IMG/VR virus record: IMGVR_UViG_3300037067_021792
Source: a virus
Taxonomy: Duplodnaviria > Caudoviricetes
Length of the DNA stretch: 64,000 nucleotides
Reading direction: 5' to 3' (one strand)
Below the pieces are notes generated by a model. That model saw only the letters and a list, made by a program, of their open reading frames with translations. It did not search any database and had not been told where the DNA came from. The position numbers were made by a program, and so were the translations under genes. Position 1 is the first letter of the stretch. Each line of letters starts with the position of its first letter. Below are positions 1 to 9,637 of this stretch, piece by piece.

Positions 1-2
1 GT

Positions 3-242
3 TTTTCAAAAGAAAAGCAGGGTAGCCCAGAGGATCTTTGTTATCTTTTGATTGAAAATCTTCAACAGTATAGAAAGTCAGAAAAATCCAAGCAAATAGA
101 TAAGGGCAAGAACAAGAGCCCGATTGGAGACGATGAGGTTGACGATTTCCTTAAATTTTTATACAATAACGACGACTACCAGGAGTTTATGAATTTCATT
201 GGAGCACAGGACATACCCAACGAGGATATAGATGAAACTTAG
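3..242 (+). CDS. hypothetical protein, 5'-truncated by window edge
   Basis: Frame of ORF 48..242 is open back to position 3; stop overlaps next start. Confidence 0.6.
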   Translation, partial: FSKEKQGSPEDLCYLLIENLQQYRKSEKSKQIDKGKNKSPIGDDEVDDFLKFLYNNDDYQEFMNFIGAQDIPNEDIDET

Positions 243-1359
243 TGATATACAGTTTGCAAAGTATTTTTTATCACCGATGCTACCCAGCGAAGAGTTGTGT
301 AATGTGTTAGATAAAAAAATTGATATACAAAGCGGAGAGACAGACTCTGTTGTAGTTAGAGATGGTTCTATTTCTTATTGTAGCCCATCTTCGATTACAA
401 TGTTTTTGTTTACTCTTCTTTATAATATTCTCTCCCCTCGGGCAATAAATGGAACAACCAGGGATATGCTCGGATTGGGATTGTTGCAAATGTGTCATGA
501 GTATATCTATAACGACGGCAAATTAAAGGCAGATCGTCCTCCGGTGGTAGTCAGCATGGACAAACTACCCATTCCGTCAATTATAATCAGAGAAATTGTT
601 GAGCCAATAGTTGGTAAAATAAATGTTTGTCAAATATTGTTTTCTCCTTGTAATTTTACCGATGCTGCTCGTATAATTGATTCGTCTAGCCAACTGAGTA
701 GCGAATACGACAATTATAGGTTAAGGAGAGACTTATTCCCAGTTATTTTAGTTAATGATAAAATTGACAATCACGCTGCAGTTCAATCTCATTTGTTCAA
801 AAAAATTATGGATTGCTCATTTGGGTCAGAAAAATCCAACGGGATGATCAGAAGTATTCTATTGAATGACAGCATAATGTCTCATCTAATATCTATTCTA
901 AAAATGCTTAATGGAGATCCTGGTTTTATAGTGGATTTTATGGAGTATTTAGAGAGTAATATAGATATCCAGTCAGAAGATTTATCGAGCATATCAGATG
1001 TAAAATTTAATATTTTTTCATCTGATGATTACCTTAGAAAATATGTTAAGGTCGCGGACCAAACAGGTCAGTCTATTCAGATAAACAAGCAATGGTCGCA
1101 GTGGTCGATGTTAATGGGACTAATTGAAAAACAACTGGAGCCGATGAGAGGATCTATGTGGCCGGCATCTGAGAATATAAAACCACATGAAGATAAATTA
1201 AGGGCCATAATTAAAGAGAGGTCTGACCAAAAAGGAAAGAACCAGGCGAATTTTGAGGAAATGCTTCAATGTGCCAGGGACACGTATAATCATAATGCAG
1301 TCGAACCTGGACATCTAATTGAGATGATGTTGAAGGAGAATAGAGTATGGAAGCAGTAA
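232..1359 (+). CDS. hypothetical protein
   Basis: 375-aa ORF, GAGG upstream, coupled to neighbours; no recognised motif. Confidence 0.8.
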   Translation: MKLSDIQFAKYFLSPMLPSEELCNVLDKKIDIQSGETDSVVVRDGSISYCSPSSITMFLFTLLYNILSPRAINGTTRDMLGLGLLQMCHEYIYNDGKLKADRPPVVVSMDKLPIPSIIIREIVEPIVGKINVCQILFSPCNFTDAARIIDSSSQLSSEYDNYRLRRDLFPVILVNDKIDNHAAVQSHLFKKIMDCSFGSEKSNGMIRSILLNDSIMSHLISILKMLNGDPGFIVDFMEYLESNIDIQSEDLSSISDVKFNIFSSDDYLRKYVKVADQTGQSIQINKQWSQWSMLMGLIEKQLEPMRGSMWPASENIKPHEDKLRAIIKERSDQKGKNQANFEEMLQCARDTYNHNAVEPGHLIEMMLKENRVWKQ

Positions 1360-1559
1360 AATTGTGCAATGCGCTGTATGAACTCTTAATAGAAATTCAA
1401 AGAGCAAAAAATCTTGTCGATGATGGGAAAGAGGTTTTGTGCTCAAATCGTTTACAAGGTTCATTTACAAAATGTAGAAACCTTTATATCACAGTCAAAG
1501 AGGAAATAGAGAGTGCAACCAACATCGTGGCTGAGCCGAATATCGAAGATAAGCCCTAG
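1347..1559 (+). CDS. small hypothetical protein
   Basis: AAGGAG SD upstream of ATG. Confidence 0.65.
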   Translation: MEAVKLCNALYELLIEIQRAKNLVDDGKEVLCSNRLQGSFTKCRNLYITVKEEIESATNIVAEPNIEDKP

Positions 1560-1663
1560 GACTGAAACAGGTCTACAGGATGGGGGTGCTAACATAAGCT
1601 ACACCGGAGAGAGCAGTGGTGTTGGTGGTATGTTTACTGTTCCTGAAAAAAGAAAGAATAGAT

Positions 1664-1828
1664 ATGTTAATAAAAAGATCAAACCCAAAACAGACAAACG
1701 TCAAGGTGAGCCGGAAATTAAAAAAATGTTGCAAGTGCGGTAAACCAATGGCTAGTGATGCTGAAACTGAAACCATCTGCGATGAATGCTTGAACAGGGA
1801 CAATGACAAAAAATCCAATAGAAATTAG
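1664..1828 (+). CDS. small Zn-ribbon protein
   Basis: CxxC...CxxC (CKCG..CDEC); ATG 1664 chosen within ORF 1616..1828. Confidence 0.5.
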   Translation: MLIKRSNPKQTNVKVSRKLKKCCKCGKPMASDAETETICDECLNRDNDKKSNRN

Positions 1829-4787
1829 AATAGGAAATGTTGTTTCAGATATTCTGGGTGATCTATCTCCTATCCATTGGAAAGAGATAGAGAAAAGAAT
1901 GTCATTTCGCCCCCAGAACTATATTTTCACTCCATCGTATAATAAAATCATCCACACAAAGGATGGTCGAAGATTTAGAATGTGGGATGGATGGAAAAGA
2001 TTAATACACAAAAACACTAAGCGAACCTATTTTCCAACTGGACTTTATTCTATAGCATCTTCTTTTTTTAAAGAAGAATTAATACCATATAAAGTGGTCG
2101 ATACTAGAGTAAAACCTTGTCCCAATTTAAATTTATCTCTTTCAGAATATTTGATACCCAGAGATTACCAAAACAAAGTTGGGTTAGATTCTGTTATAAA
2201 GGAAAGAGGAATAATTCAGGCGGCAACTGGAAGTGGCAAAACCGCAATATCGGCGATAGTTATTGCTAGTTTGAAGGTCTCCCCGTTTTTATTTTTTGTC
2301 ACATCTATCGACTTATTAACACAAGCCAAGTCGGAGCTTGAAAAATTCCTCCGAATAGACGGAAAACCATTTGAGGTCGGTCAGATCGGTGGTGGAAGTG
2401 TCGAAATTAGAGATATTAATGTTATTACGGTCCAAACCGCTGTGCGGGCGCTGGGCAAAAAGTGGGACAATAAAACTAAATTCGATGATGATGACACAGA
2501 CGACCCAACTCCCATAGAATCTAGATCAGAAGAAATAAAATCACTTATTCGACACGCAAAGGGTGGGGTTTGTGACGAAACCCAGCATTGGAGGTGTGAC
2601 ACATGTCAAATTATAGCAAAGGAATTGGTTGAGTGCTATTATATTTACGGCACAAGCGCCACACCTTATCGAGATGAAAGCGATGACTTGATGATTCAGT
2701 CTTGCTTTGGTAAAAAAATTGCCGAAATTACAGCCAGTGAACTGATACAAAAGAATTGGCTGATAAAACCATCTATAAAAATGGTTCATATTCGACAACC
2801 TAAGACCAAGTTCAGACAGTGGCATTCAATTTACAAAGAATGCGTAACAAATAATGACTACTACAACAACGTAATATCAAATATAGCTAATGCCTACATT
2901 GAGCAGGATAGGTTAGTTTTAATTTTAGTCCAACAAATCAATCACGGGAAATTATTGGAAAGTATGATACCTGGATCAATGTTTTTATCAGGGAAAAGTC
3001 CCAAACAAAAAAGAATAAACACGCTTAATAAACTACGAAATAAAGAAATAAGTTGTATTATATCGAGCAGCTTACCCTATAATGAATTATTGTTAATTAA
3101 ACAAAATGGAGTTATAAAACAAATAGAGATTGGTGACTTATGTCACAATTTCGCTCCCCAAGTGAAAAATAATGAAATAGATGTTTGCTGTTCTTTTGAT
3201 GGTAAAAATGCATCTTGGAGTAAAGTAACAGACATTCATATACATCGAAGATCAAACAACATTGTTCGAGTCGAAACGAATCGAGGAGAGGACATATACG
3301 TAACCGAGAATCACTCGCTAATTAAATCAGATTTATCTCCCGTCCTCCCCCAAATATCAGGGGGCGCATGCGTACCAATCAATGTGCCACCTCTTGATTA
3401 TCCTGTTAATATAATTAACGTTGCCGAATTGCTTAAAGATATAAACGATCCATCAATAGAGGTAGAGGTTCTAGGTATTACACAGCCTATGATTAGAAAG
3501 ATTAAAAGTGAGTACACTTATGTTTATGGCGGAAATCATAAGATATCAAAATCAACTCGATGGTTGGTAAAAAATCGTATTCATAATAAAAACCAGGAGT
3601 ATTTTACTGCAATATATCAATTGATTAACAACTTCAAGTATTATAAATATAAGTACAGAGCAAGGTTATCCGATGTTTGGTGGTGTAAGGAGCTTTTTAA
3701 TGAATTTAAATGTCGTATTTATATTAGACGAAGCCGAAAAGAATTCTCATTACCCGTGCTGATTCCCATAACAGATGATTTGGCAACTCTTTCTGGACTA
3801 ATGTGTGGTGACGGTCATATTAAAAATCACACTAGAGGAAAATCCTGCAAATCAATATATTCCTTTGAATTTGCAGGATTAAAAGATATGTCAACATCTC
3901 CGGAGGGGCACAATGATCCCAACAAACTAGCGGTTCGGGATATATTTAAAAGATGTTTTCACGGTGTTTTTGGTGACACGAAATTAAGAGAAACAGATAC
4001 ATTAATTTTGTTTAGGAGTAAATTAATGTACTATTTATTTTGGAAACTGGGGCACATTGATACATATGGGCAAAAAAGAGTTCCAGACTATGTATACAAC
4101 TCGGCACCTTCGATACAAGAGAAATTTTTATGGGGGATGTACTTAAGTGATGGAAGTCTAAAAATAGACTATAATAGTAAATCTAGAAAAACATCAGCTT
4201 TTATTATTCATAACACTAGTCGCCCTTTAGTAACCGGAATACAATATGTTCTAAGAATGTTGCGACTTCCTTTTTATGTCAATACCAGTTATTGTTATAA
4301 TCCTAAACGAAAAAGAGTATACAACATAAGTATCGTAAGGTCTACCTGTGATGTTAAAATAGACAGAACTGGTCGAGATAAATTAAACTATAACGATTCA
4401 AATCGTTATCAGAAAACAGTGGAGTTTATAAACAGTACGCCTGAATTTGTGTATGATATTTCGGTTGATAAATGTCATAATTTTATCGCAGGATGTGGAG
4501 TTTTAGCACATAATTCGATCTTTGATGAGGGGATTGATGTTAAGCCGCTTGATACATTATTGCTGGCCGGACAGGGAAAAAGCAGAGTTCGTGCTATGCA
4601 GAGAATCGGGAGAATATTAAGGCCATTTAAGGATACCAATGGACGAGAAAAAACCACTGCTACAGCCATTGATTTTTGTATTCATCAGAAATATCTGGAA
4701 GATCACGCCAAAGCTAGGGAAAAAATGTATTCAACAGAACCCGAGTTTGTGGTTGAGAACATAGACAACAAGGCAATCCACCTATGA
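1803..4787 (+). CDS. SF2 (UvsW/XPB-like) DNA helicase precursor containing an intein
   Basis: AATGSGKT Walker A, DETQH, SAT motif III, FDEGIDV motif V, QRIGRILR motif VI; interrupted just before motif V. Confidence 0.92.
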   Translation: MTKNPIEIRIGNVVSDILGDLSPIHWKEIEKRMSFRPQNYIFTPSYNKIIHTKDGRRFRMWDGWKRLIHKNTKRTYFPTGLYSIASSFFKEELIPYKVVDTRVKPCPNLNLSLSEYLIPRDYQNKVGLDSVIKERGIIQAATGSGKTAISAIVIASLKVSPFLFFVTSIDLLTQAKSELEKFLRIDGKPFEVGQIGGGSVEIRDINVITVQTAVRALGKKWDNKTKFDDDDTDDPTPIESRSEEIKSLIRHAKGGVCDETQHWRCDTCQIIAKELVECYYIYGTSATPYRDESDDLMIQSCFGKKIAEITASELIQKNWLIKPSIKMVHIRQPKTKFRQWHSIYKECVTNNDYYNNVISNIANAYIEQDRLVLILVQQINHGKLLESMIPGSMFLSGKSPKQKRINTLNKLRNKEISCIISSSLPYNELLLIKQNGVIKQIEIGDLCHNFAPQVKNNEIDVCCSFDGKNASWSKVTDIHIHRRSNNIVRVETNRGEDIYVTENHSLIKSDLSPVLPQISGGACVPINVPPLDYPVNIINVAELLKDINDPSIEVEVLGITQPMIRKIKSEYTYVYGGNHKISKSTRWLVKNRIHNKNQEYFTAIYQLINNFKYYKYKYRARLSDVWWCKELFNEFKCRIYIRRSRKEFSLPVLIPITDDLATLSGLMCGDGHIKNHTRGKSCKSIYSFEFAGLKDMSTSPEGHNDPNKLAVRDIFKRCFHGVFGDTKLRETDTLILFRSKLMYYLFWKLGHIDTYGQKRVPDYVYNSAPSIQEKFLWGMYLSDGSLKIDYNSKSRKTSAFIIHNTSRPLVTGIQYVLRMLRLPFYVNTSYCYNPKRKRVYNISIVRSTCDVKIDRTGRDKLNYNDSNRYQKTVEFINSTPEFVYDISVDKCHNFIAGCGVLAHNSIFDEGIDVKPLDTLLLAGQGKSRVRAMQRIGRILRPFKDTNGREKTTATAIDFCIHQKYLEDHAKAREKMYSTEPEFVVENIDNKAIHL
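3069..4514 (+). mobile_element. intein (482 aa) with LAGLIDADG homing endonuclease
   Basis: Starts SLPYNE, block B TENH, LAGLIDADG-like LSGLMCGDG and LWGMYLSDG, ends VYDISV..AHN followed by Ser; removal restores CIISS-SIFDEGID. Confidence 0.92.
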
Positions 4788-6214
4788 AAAGGCTGCAAGA
4801 ATTTACTAATATTGCGGGCAAATATAACCCTAACATAGAAACCCACATCAGAAGAGTGTCCAAACTTCCTCTTCCTTACACTGGAAATAAAAAGAAAATA
4901 TTATTTCAGATATATAAAGTCATATCAAACATCGACATGGAATTTAATACAATTATAGATGCATTTTCTGGCAGTTCTTGTTTTTCCATGCTCATGAAAC
5001 TAATGGGAAAAAGAGTAATATCTAACGATATTCTCACCAGTTCCTACTTAAACTCAGTGGCATTTGTCGAAAATCCGGGCATTAAATTATCAGATGATGA
5101 GAAATCCTTTCTATTAAATAACAACAACCCCAACAAATCAACCTTCGTAGAGGATAATTATCTGGGCGGATCTTCTACGAGTAGGTTTAGTAAATTTACC
5201 CTGAAAGAGTGTAGACATCTTGATAATTTTAGAGCCAATATAGATGAACTATGTGGGCTATATAGACAAAGCATAGGGATGAGCGCAAATGCTGCGGTAA
5301 TAATGCGGCTGCCCTTTGGAAATGTAGACGCAAGCGTGGATGTCCTAAAGCACAGAGTAAAACAAGAAGAGCATTACGGTAAGTTATCAAAAAACCACGA
5401 CAGAAGAATTGGCATCTACTATGATGATAAGTTAAATTTACTATTCAGTAAGTGGTTCGTTAAATATCTAGATGATTTTACATCTGGGATTAACTCAGAG
5501 TGTGCCCCAGAAAAAATCAAAAGAGCGTCTTTTCTCGTAAATCTTCAACAACATATATTACGAGATTGCATGGTTCAAGGAAGACTTAATAACGGACAAT
5601 CCCTTGCGGAGTTGGATGTCAGGTTATCTCATCCTAAGAATCAGTCGAAAAACAATTGGGACAGGAAGTCTACCGAGATGGATTTCCACACTAAATCAGG
5701 AAAATGTGCATCGGGCGGCACCGGTGGAGCGCCGGGGCAAGGGTTAAAATGGTGGACGTTTTCAGACATCAATACGGATGGATCCTGCGTATCTACGAAC
5801 ATGGATGTCATAGACCTCTTGAGAATGAATATCAAAGCCGACTGCATATACTTTGATCCTCCATACGGTGGGCAAAGTTCCGATTATGCAACTATATACA
5901 GATTCCTGGAGGAGTATATATATAGTGAGCAATTGGAAAACTTGCCGCATATACAATCTGCCAGTAGATTCTCCAAAAGAGCAAACTATGAGGATAATTT
6001 CATCGAAATGCTGACATGTGCAAAATACATACCTATATGGTTGTTTAGTTATAATGACTCATCTTGGAAAAGTATCGAATACATATGGGATATGATACGG
6101 CAGTTTAAAACAAATGTAAAAGTAGAAACACTAAATGATTCATATAGATACAACTATCGTAAGAAACAAGGTAGAGAAAAACGCAGTATAGAGTATTTGA
6201 TAGTAGCATATTAA
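4784..6214 (+). CDS. N6-adenine DNA methyltransferase (D12/Dam-FokI-like class)
   Basis: PYTGNK, DAFSGS, NDI and YFDPPY motifs. Confidence 0.85.
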   Translation: MKRLQEFTNIAGKYNPNIETHIRRVSKLPLPYTGNKKKILFQIYKVISNIDMEFNTIIDAFSGSSCFSMLMKLMGKRVISNDILTSSYLNSVAFVENPGIKLSDDEKSFLLNNNNPNKSTFVEDNYLGGSSTSRFSKFTLKECRHLDNFRANIDELCGLYRQSIGMSANAAVIMRLPFGNVDASVDVLKHRVKQEEHYGKLSKNHDRRIGIYYDDKLNLLFSKWFVKYLDDFTSGINSECAPEKIKRASFLVNLQQHILRDCMVQGRLNNGQSLAELDVRLSHPKNQSKNNWDRKSTEMDFHTKSGKCASGGTGGAPGQGLKWWTFSDINTDGSCVSTNMDVIDLLRMNIKADCIYFDPPYGGQSSDYATIYRFLEEYIYSEQLENLPHIQSASRFSKRANYEDNFIEMLTCAKYIPIWLFSYNDSSWKSIEYIWDMIRQFKTNVKVETLNDSYRYNYRKKQGREKRSIEYLIVAY

Positions 6215-6224
6215 TATATCACAA

Positions 6225-6508
6225 TCCGGGTCTTGGTCCTCGTTCCCCGAACCAATGTCGAGGAGTTTGTAGTACTGTAACTATGTGGGAGAAAACCCAT
6301 AAAAAACAAGGGAGATATAGGAGCACCTATATGACCATAGGAACACGGGCTCTAAATCCAGGCTACGGGGCAGTAGTAGATCTGCCAACAACAACGACGT
6401 CCTGGTCCAAAGTGGTTGAGATAATCCCTTACGTGTAAAAACGAGATTGTGCGATCAGCCAGGCGAAGAAGGTTATGACCACAAGGGACGTTGTACGCGA
6501 ACTTGGCG
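6225..6508. ncRNA. candidate structured non-coding RNA (family unknown)
   Basis: About 290-nt gap between + strand genes, more GC-rich than flanks, with several stems: CCTCG/CGAGG, ATATAGG-agca-CCTATAT, GGCAG/CTGCC, long-range ACGACGTCC/GGACGTTGT and TGGTC/GACCA. Confidence 0.4.
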
Positions 6509-6537
6509 TTGATTATTGCTCTTAGGAGTAGTATAAT
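6509..6537 (+). promoter_or_regulatory. sigma70-like promoter
   Basis: TTGATT-17 nt-TATAAT followed by GGAG and ATG 6554. Confidence 0.7.
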
Positions 6538-6553
6538 GCCTGTGGAGAAACGT

Positions 6554-7405
6554 ATGGATGAGACTCGAATTATTTTGGGGTGCTTATTGGGCGATAAGCA
6601 TGGTGGAAAGAACAAACGGAAGAAACTCAAGATCAACGAGATAGACCCAATAAGCAATGATTGCGGTAGTGGTGACGCCATTACGAGAATGGCAGATAAG
6701 GCTGTTGCATCTAAGAGAAACAGAAAAGATTTTAAGTATAAAGTGATAGATAAATGGGGCAATCGTGATTTTCTAGTATATATTGATTCTCTTTTATCTC
6801 AACACGGTTTGGAACTAAAAACTTCTGGCATTCATGATCAGGATTTAGTAAATAAACTATACGACTGTTTGCTAATAAAAGTGGGAGAATCTATGAATAA
6901 TAAGATTCTCAAAGAATATATTGAATGGTGGATTGCATCTAAATCTCGTAAATATCAACACAAGGATATTTATATGCAAAGTCTTTTGCGAGACAGTTTT
7001 ATAGACGAATATATCACGGATATAGTTGGAAATGAAACGTGCGTTGTGCAGCCGCCTATTGGTTCTGTTAATGTGTTAGATCTTTATAAAGCAGGCGGAA
7101 TAAGTGCCGTGCTATTATCCAAGGGAATTGTTATTTGCTATAATCTGTTGAAATCAAGGCAGGAGCGAGATATAATAAACAGAATATCAGCATCGTTGCG
7201 GTCGTTTTCAAAAGAAATGATTCAAACATCAATGGACGCGACCGTTGGGAATGCACCTTATGATACTACAGATATTGTTGATTTTATGTCCATCGCAAGG
7301 CAATCTCTTGAATATCACGGGATAAAGAAATATAGTTTCATAGAATATAAAAACATGTTTGTAAATCAAAAAGAAGGGAACAATGAGGTGTTACGAAGTG
7401 ATTGA
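6554..7405 (+). CDS. hypothetical protein
   Basis: Long ORF; start moved to ATG 6554 after promoter and SD. Confidence 0.75.
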   Translation: MDETRIILGCLLGDKHGGKNKRKKLKINEIDPISNDCGSGDAITRMADKAVASKRNRKDFKYKVIDKWGNRDFLVYIDSLLSQHGLELKTSGIHDQDLVNKLYDCLLIKVGESMNNKILKEYIEWWIASKSRKYQHKDIYMQSLLRDSFIDEYITDIVGNETCVVQPPIGSVNVLDLYKAGGISAVLLSKGIVICYNLLKSRQERDIINRISASLRSFSKEMIQTSMDATVGNAPYDTTDIVDFMSIARQSLEYHGIKKYSFIEYKNMFVNQKEGNNEVLRSD

Positions 7406-7883
7406 AAATAATGTGCTAGTTATAGACCATAATGGTTTAAATTTGGGGGCCATGTCTTATTCACAGGCAAAAGTACTGTCAGATCAATTGGGACTTGATT
7501 TGGTTGAAGTGAGCAAAAAAGGCGAAACCCGAGTCCTGCGAATTATGGACAAGGGAAAATGGGAATTTGAAAAGAGAAAAAAAGAGAAAAAAGACAGGCA
7601 CCACAACAGCGCACAAACCATAAAGGAAATTAAATTCCGACCAGTTATTGAATCGCACGATCAACAAACAAAAGTAAAACAGATTGAAAAGTTTCTCGAA
7701 AAAGGATATGGTGTAAAAATATTAGTGTATCTAAAAGGTCGGGAAAAATCTTCTCCGGAAAACGCAGACATAAAACTGCAAGAAATATTGTCTAGTTTTG
7801 AAGGAAGGATCAGAATTGATAACGTGTCCAAATCTAAGAGCAACAACGGTTGCAGTGTTATTGTATATCCAAACAAACATTAG
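7383..7883 (+). CDS. infC: translation initiation factor IF-3
   Basis: VLVID..G.NLG, LGLDLVEVS, RIMD.GK..FE, KEIKFRP.I..HD..TK, FLEKG..VK, LKGRE. Confidence 0.92.
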   Translation: MRCYEVIENNVLVIDHNGLNLGAMSYSQAKVLSDQLGLDLVEVSKKGETRVLRIMDKGKWEFEKRKKEKKDRHHNSAQTIKEIKFRPVIESHDQQTKVKQIEKFLEKGYGVKILVYLKGREKSSPENADIKLQEILSSFEGRIRIDNVSKSKSNNGCSVIVYPNKH

Positions 7884-7900
7884 TAATTGCAAGGATTGAA

Positions 7901-9616
7901 ATGCAAGAAAAACAAACCATCATCTCCAAAGAGGAACAGAAGAGTCTTCGACAACACTTGTTGACAATAGGAGATGGAAATATAGGTCGAGATTTATTTC
8001 ATTTTATCAAGAGTCGATATAGAATACTGTATATCAGGTCCCCTGAAGAGAAAAGAATTATCGAAACGTTTAAGATTATATCCAAATCCGAAGGTTATGA
8101 TCTGTTCCAATGGGATACCAGCAGAGGAATGTTAAATTCCTTCACAATGGAGAGTGTCACATCAGATGGAAATGAGGTAAATACTAGCGAAGAAGCTGTT
8201 CTTGATTACATCATTCAGCAGGCCAAGAGCGATAATGAGAAAATGAATAAACAAAAGGCCAATAAACAACAAATTAAGAGCAGTGGTGGTCACATTTATC
8301 TTTTGCTAGACTATCATTATTTTCTAGAGGGGCAACCAGTTATTGAGCGCAAGTTCAAAGAATTTGCGTCCTTTTCTTCTATTTCGCACATAATAATCGT
8401 ATCTCCGGTATTTATTTGCCCGCCGTCACTTAATAAAGAGTTTACGCTAATAGATTTTCCTCCACCATCACAAGTGGAAATTGCAGCTAAGTTTGATGAA
8501 ATATGCAGTGAAATTCCCGCTAATTTCCCCGATGCAAAATTAGCTGCCAAGCATCATCGAGAAGAACTCTTAAAAGCAACTGCTGGTTTGACACTGCCAG
8601 AGGCTGAGAACGCATATGCTAAATCTCTTATTAAAAAGAAAACATTCGATGTTCCAACCATCCTTGATGAGAAAAAACAGATTATTCGTAAGGGTGGAAT
8701 ATTAGAGTGTAGGGACTCTAAATTTAACTTTGATCAGGTCGGTGGTTTGGAGTCTTTAAAAGAATGGTTGGCTACCAGGCGTTTGGCATTCAAAGAAGAT
8801 GCTGCGGCTTTTGGCATTGACTCGCCAAAAGGTGTGCTTCTCGTTGGAATTCCTGGAAGCGGTAAGAGCATGGTTGCCGATGCTGTCGCTAATTTATACC
8901 AAATGCCATTACTTCGATTAGATATTGGGTCTATATTTTCAGCTCATATCGGAGAAAGCGAGATGAATACTCGCACCGCTATTCAGATAGCTTCCGCCGT
9001 ATCCCCGTGCCTTCTTTGGATCGACGAAATCGAAAAAGGGCTAGGGGGAGTTCAAAGTAGTAATTATACGGATGGCGGTGTTACTAACAGGGTTTTCGGA
9101 ACTATATTGACATGGATGCAAGAAAAAACTGATCCCGTATTTGTTATTGCTACTGCAAACAATGTGGAATCTATTCCACCGGAGTTTATGAGAGCAGGAA
9201 GATTTGATGAAATATTCTTCCTAGATCTACCCGATAAAGATCAGAGAATCGACGTTTTGACCTGTCTTCTTAGAAGAAAAAAAAGAGATCCAGAAAAATT
9301 TGATCTTGGAAAAATTTCTGAATCTGCACCCAATTATTCTCCTGCCGAATTAGAGAAGGGCATTAACAATGCCTTGTTCGTGGCATTCGCCGATAATTCC
9401 AGAGAGGTCACCACCGAAGATATAGTTTCTGAAATACATAAGTTTCAGCCGCTGTATAATTCTAGGCGCGAGGAAATTGAAGCGATGAGGGCATGGGCGC
9501 TGGGAGAAGGTGGGAAGGGTGGCAGGGCCAGGTTGGCCAATGAGATAGGTAAAAATAAACCATATACAACTAAAGAGATTGGCCGACAAATAGATTTAAC
9601 GGCAGAGGATCTCTAA
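7901..9616 (+). CDS. Ycf46-like AAA+ ATPase
   Basis: EKKQII, VGGLESLKEWL, GIPGSGKS, LWIDEIEK, LTWMQEK, RAGRFDEIFFLDLP; inactive N-terminal AAA-like domain. Confidence 0.88.
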   Translation: MQEKQTIISKEEQKSLRQHLLTIGDGNIGRDLFHFIKSRYRILYIRSPEEKRIIETFKIISKSEGYDLFQWDTSRGMLNSFTMESVTSDGNEVNTSEEAVLDYIIQQAKSDNEKMNKQKANKQQIKSSGGHIYLLLDYHYFLEGQPVIERKFKEFASFSSISHIIIVSPVFICPPSLNKEFTLIDFPPPSQVEIAAKFDEICSEIPANFPDAKLAAKHHREELLKATAGLTLPEAENAYAKSLIKKKTFDVPTILDEKKQIIRKGGILECRDSKFNFDQVGGLESLKEWLATRRLAFKEDAAAFGIDSPKGVLLVGIPGSGKSMVADAVANLYQMPLLRLDIGSIFSAHIGESEMNTRTAIQIASAVSPCLLWIDEIEKGLGGVQSSNYTDGGVTNRVFGTILTWMQEKTDPVFVIATANNVESIPPEFMRAGRFDEIFFLDLPDKDQRIDVLTCLLRRKKRDPEKFDLGKISESAPNYSPAELEKGINNALFVAFADNSREVTTEDIVSEIHKFQPLYNSRREEIEAMRAWALGEGGKGGRARLANEIGKNKPYTTKEIGRQIDLTAEDL

Positions 9617-9637
9617 TCGAAATATAAGCGAACAACT

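Noticed and set aside
1513-1743. Second dual-coding overlap (ORF 1513..1743 vs 1664..1828)
   Set aside because: The overlap is short and this ORF has no clear start, SD or motif, so it cannot be supported
6215-6508. tmRNA, RNase P RNA or tRNA identity for the structured gap
   Set aside because: No convincing acceptor/T-arm, and the RNase P P4-like matches are too poor on either strand
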